This document shows positions 63,001 to 64,000 of a DNA stretch of 64,000 nt, piece by piece. The translations under genes were made by a program, and so were the position numbers. The notes under the pieces were generated by a model, which was given only the letters and a program-made list of their open reading frames with translations, searched no databases and was not told where the DNA came from. Numbering within the stretch: the first letter of the stretch is position 1; each line of letters starts with the position of its first letter. The DNA comes from Azolla caroliniana (taxonomy: Eukaryota; Plantae; Polypodiophyta), in the NCBI GenBank assembly GCA_043228905.1, contig JBHGNT010000022.1, forward strand, positions 3,348,001 through 3,412,000, written 5' to 3'.

Positions 63001-63299
63001 CCCTAGGTTGTTGCATTGGATGTAATGCCATGATTTCTTTCGTCTTTTTTCTTCTGTTTTGTCTTTTTGTCTCAACATTTCCTTACCAAAGAAACATACT
63101 TTCTGGCTGATGTTTTCTTTATGCAAATGCAGAGAATGTTATTTGCACCGGGAGGATGTCAAGTATAATGCCAATTCTTTATTTTATATGCAAGGAGTTA
63201 CGAGTCCCATCCACCGATTATTACATGCTTATTAGGAATTCCGGACTCGATCGATTTCAAGGGAATGGAAAGAACCTCACAAGCATTACAACCAATTAA
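54073..63299 (+). CDS. Multi-exon host gene, protein of unknown function
   Basis: GT-AG bounded open exons at ~54073-54234, 54325-54516, 55581-55870, 56293-56360, 56577-56634, 60233-60328, 61320-61445, 61841-61911, 61990-62151, 62286-62359 and 63133-63299. The last five join in consistent phase to a TAA. The start codon and the small middle exons (55.2-55.5 kb, 57.0 kb, 59.7-59.9 kb) are uncertain. Confidence 0.65.
57800..58328 (-). mobile_element. 5'-truncated LINE 3' fragment (C-terminal zinc-finger region), copy 1
   Basis: Reads MDIHLSYALCSVLGQLQTSTHQLEIE...VMEYEDQRCLGNLFIEFKRHREKLLK; paralogous to 58800-59435. Confidence 0.75.
58361..59690 (-). repeat. ~190-bp repeat, three copies plus a partial (58361-58548, 58549-58760, 59446-59643, 59646-59690), with (TTTC)n tail on minus
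   Basis: Shared core CTTTTAAGAGGCCAAAATGGCCTATAA...GATTACATCTTAAGTGTTGTCT...GGCACATG. Most copies are preceded by (GAAA)n. Confidence 0.8.
58800..59435 (-). mobile_element. 5'-truncated LINE 3' fragment (RTE-X-like C-terminal CCHC domain), copy 2
   Basis: Reads LRTSSHQLQIEVGRY...ERICQMCHQGVESEEHYVCHCSVFYEIR, the typical non-LTR ORF2 C-terminus. The clade call is tentative. Confidence 0.8.
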
Positions 63300-63531
63300 G
63301 AGTCTTCCATCTCTTTGTTGTCAACCCTTGGTCAAGGTATAATTAGTACACTTATTTAATCCAGGGATTCTATGAATCCAAGGTGCTAATGCTACATCAA
63401 ATACATCAAAGTTCCTGACACAAAGACTTCTTCTAACCCCGAGTAAATTTGGTGAAACTGTACCGAGTGTTGATTTGAGGGCGAAGCAACAAAATATATT
63501 TAAGCTCTCTATTCTCCAAAGATACGGACAT

Positions 63532-63659
63532 GTCGGTCCTACTTATGCATCAATTGTAAATCTACATTATTGGTCTTAAAATATCAATGGTATAAGTCGG
63601 TCCTACTTATGCATCGATTGTAAATCTACATTATTGGTCGTAAAATATCAATTGTATAA
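63532..63659. repeat. Tandem duplication, 2 x 64 bp, downstream of the host gene stop
   Basis: GTCGGTCCTACTTATGCATC...TATAA at 63532 and 63596, with 3 mismatches. Confidence 0.92.
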
Positions 63660-64000
63660 ATCGATCCAATTTCTGTGTAAAGTTGTATCAAATGTTGTCT
63701 CGTAAATACACTCAATTCCCTTGCATTAACGAGAGGCTTCTTACACACACTTCACCTCAGCCACAACAGGCTATAGGTTTTTGGGACATATTTGTTTATT
63801 TACCACTTCTTTGAGAATTGCTTTTACTATAATCACATCTTTATTGCTTGCATTGAAATAATACTCTGAATAATAAATACCAGGATTATGTCTAGACGTT
63901 ATCGCCATGCACCACATAAAATTGTGAGTGGTGGAAAAATACCAAAAATATTATAATTACTCACAATTAATGGTGTGGTTAGTGTTTAGTGAATATTATA

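Overview
Eukaryotic DNA, most likely a non-seed land plant such as a moss. This is an inference from the Tcn1-like chromovirus, plant-type tRNA primer sites and methylation-type C>T decay. Bases 1-51.35 kb are two nested transposon stacks, which I resolved by LTR pairs and target-site duplications (TSDs). Stack 1: Gypsy I contains a hAT-like remnant (holding Copia A) and Copia B (holding Gag-only element E1 with its own solo LTR, plus a solo LTR inside the B 3' LTR). Stack 2 is five levels deep: Copia C > chromovirus F > solo LTR G > non-chromoviral Gypsy H > Gag-only element E2 and Copia D; a collapsed Gypsy J also sits in C. Bases ~52.4-63.3 kb hold a multi-exon host gene of unknown function with LINE 3' fragments in an intron. 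Three observations stand out. (1) Gypsy H has no polypurine tract; a sense copy of the 3' end of its own primer tRNA (Arg-like) sits in its place. (2) The E/G lineage makes 4-bp TSDs centred on CG in 4 of 4 insertions. (3) E-family LTRs carry an antisense tRNA-type Pol III A/B-box promoter. All alignments were done by eye; no database search was run.
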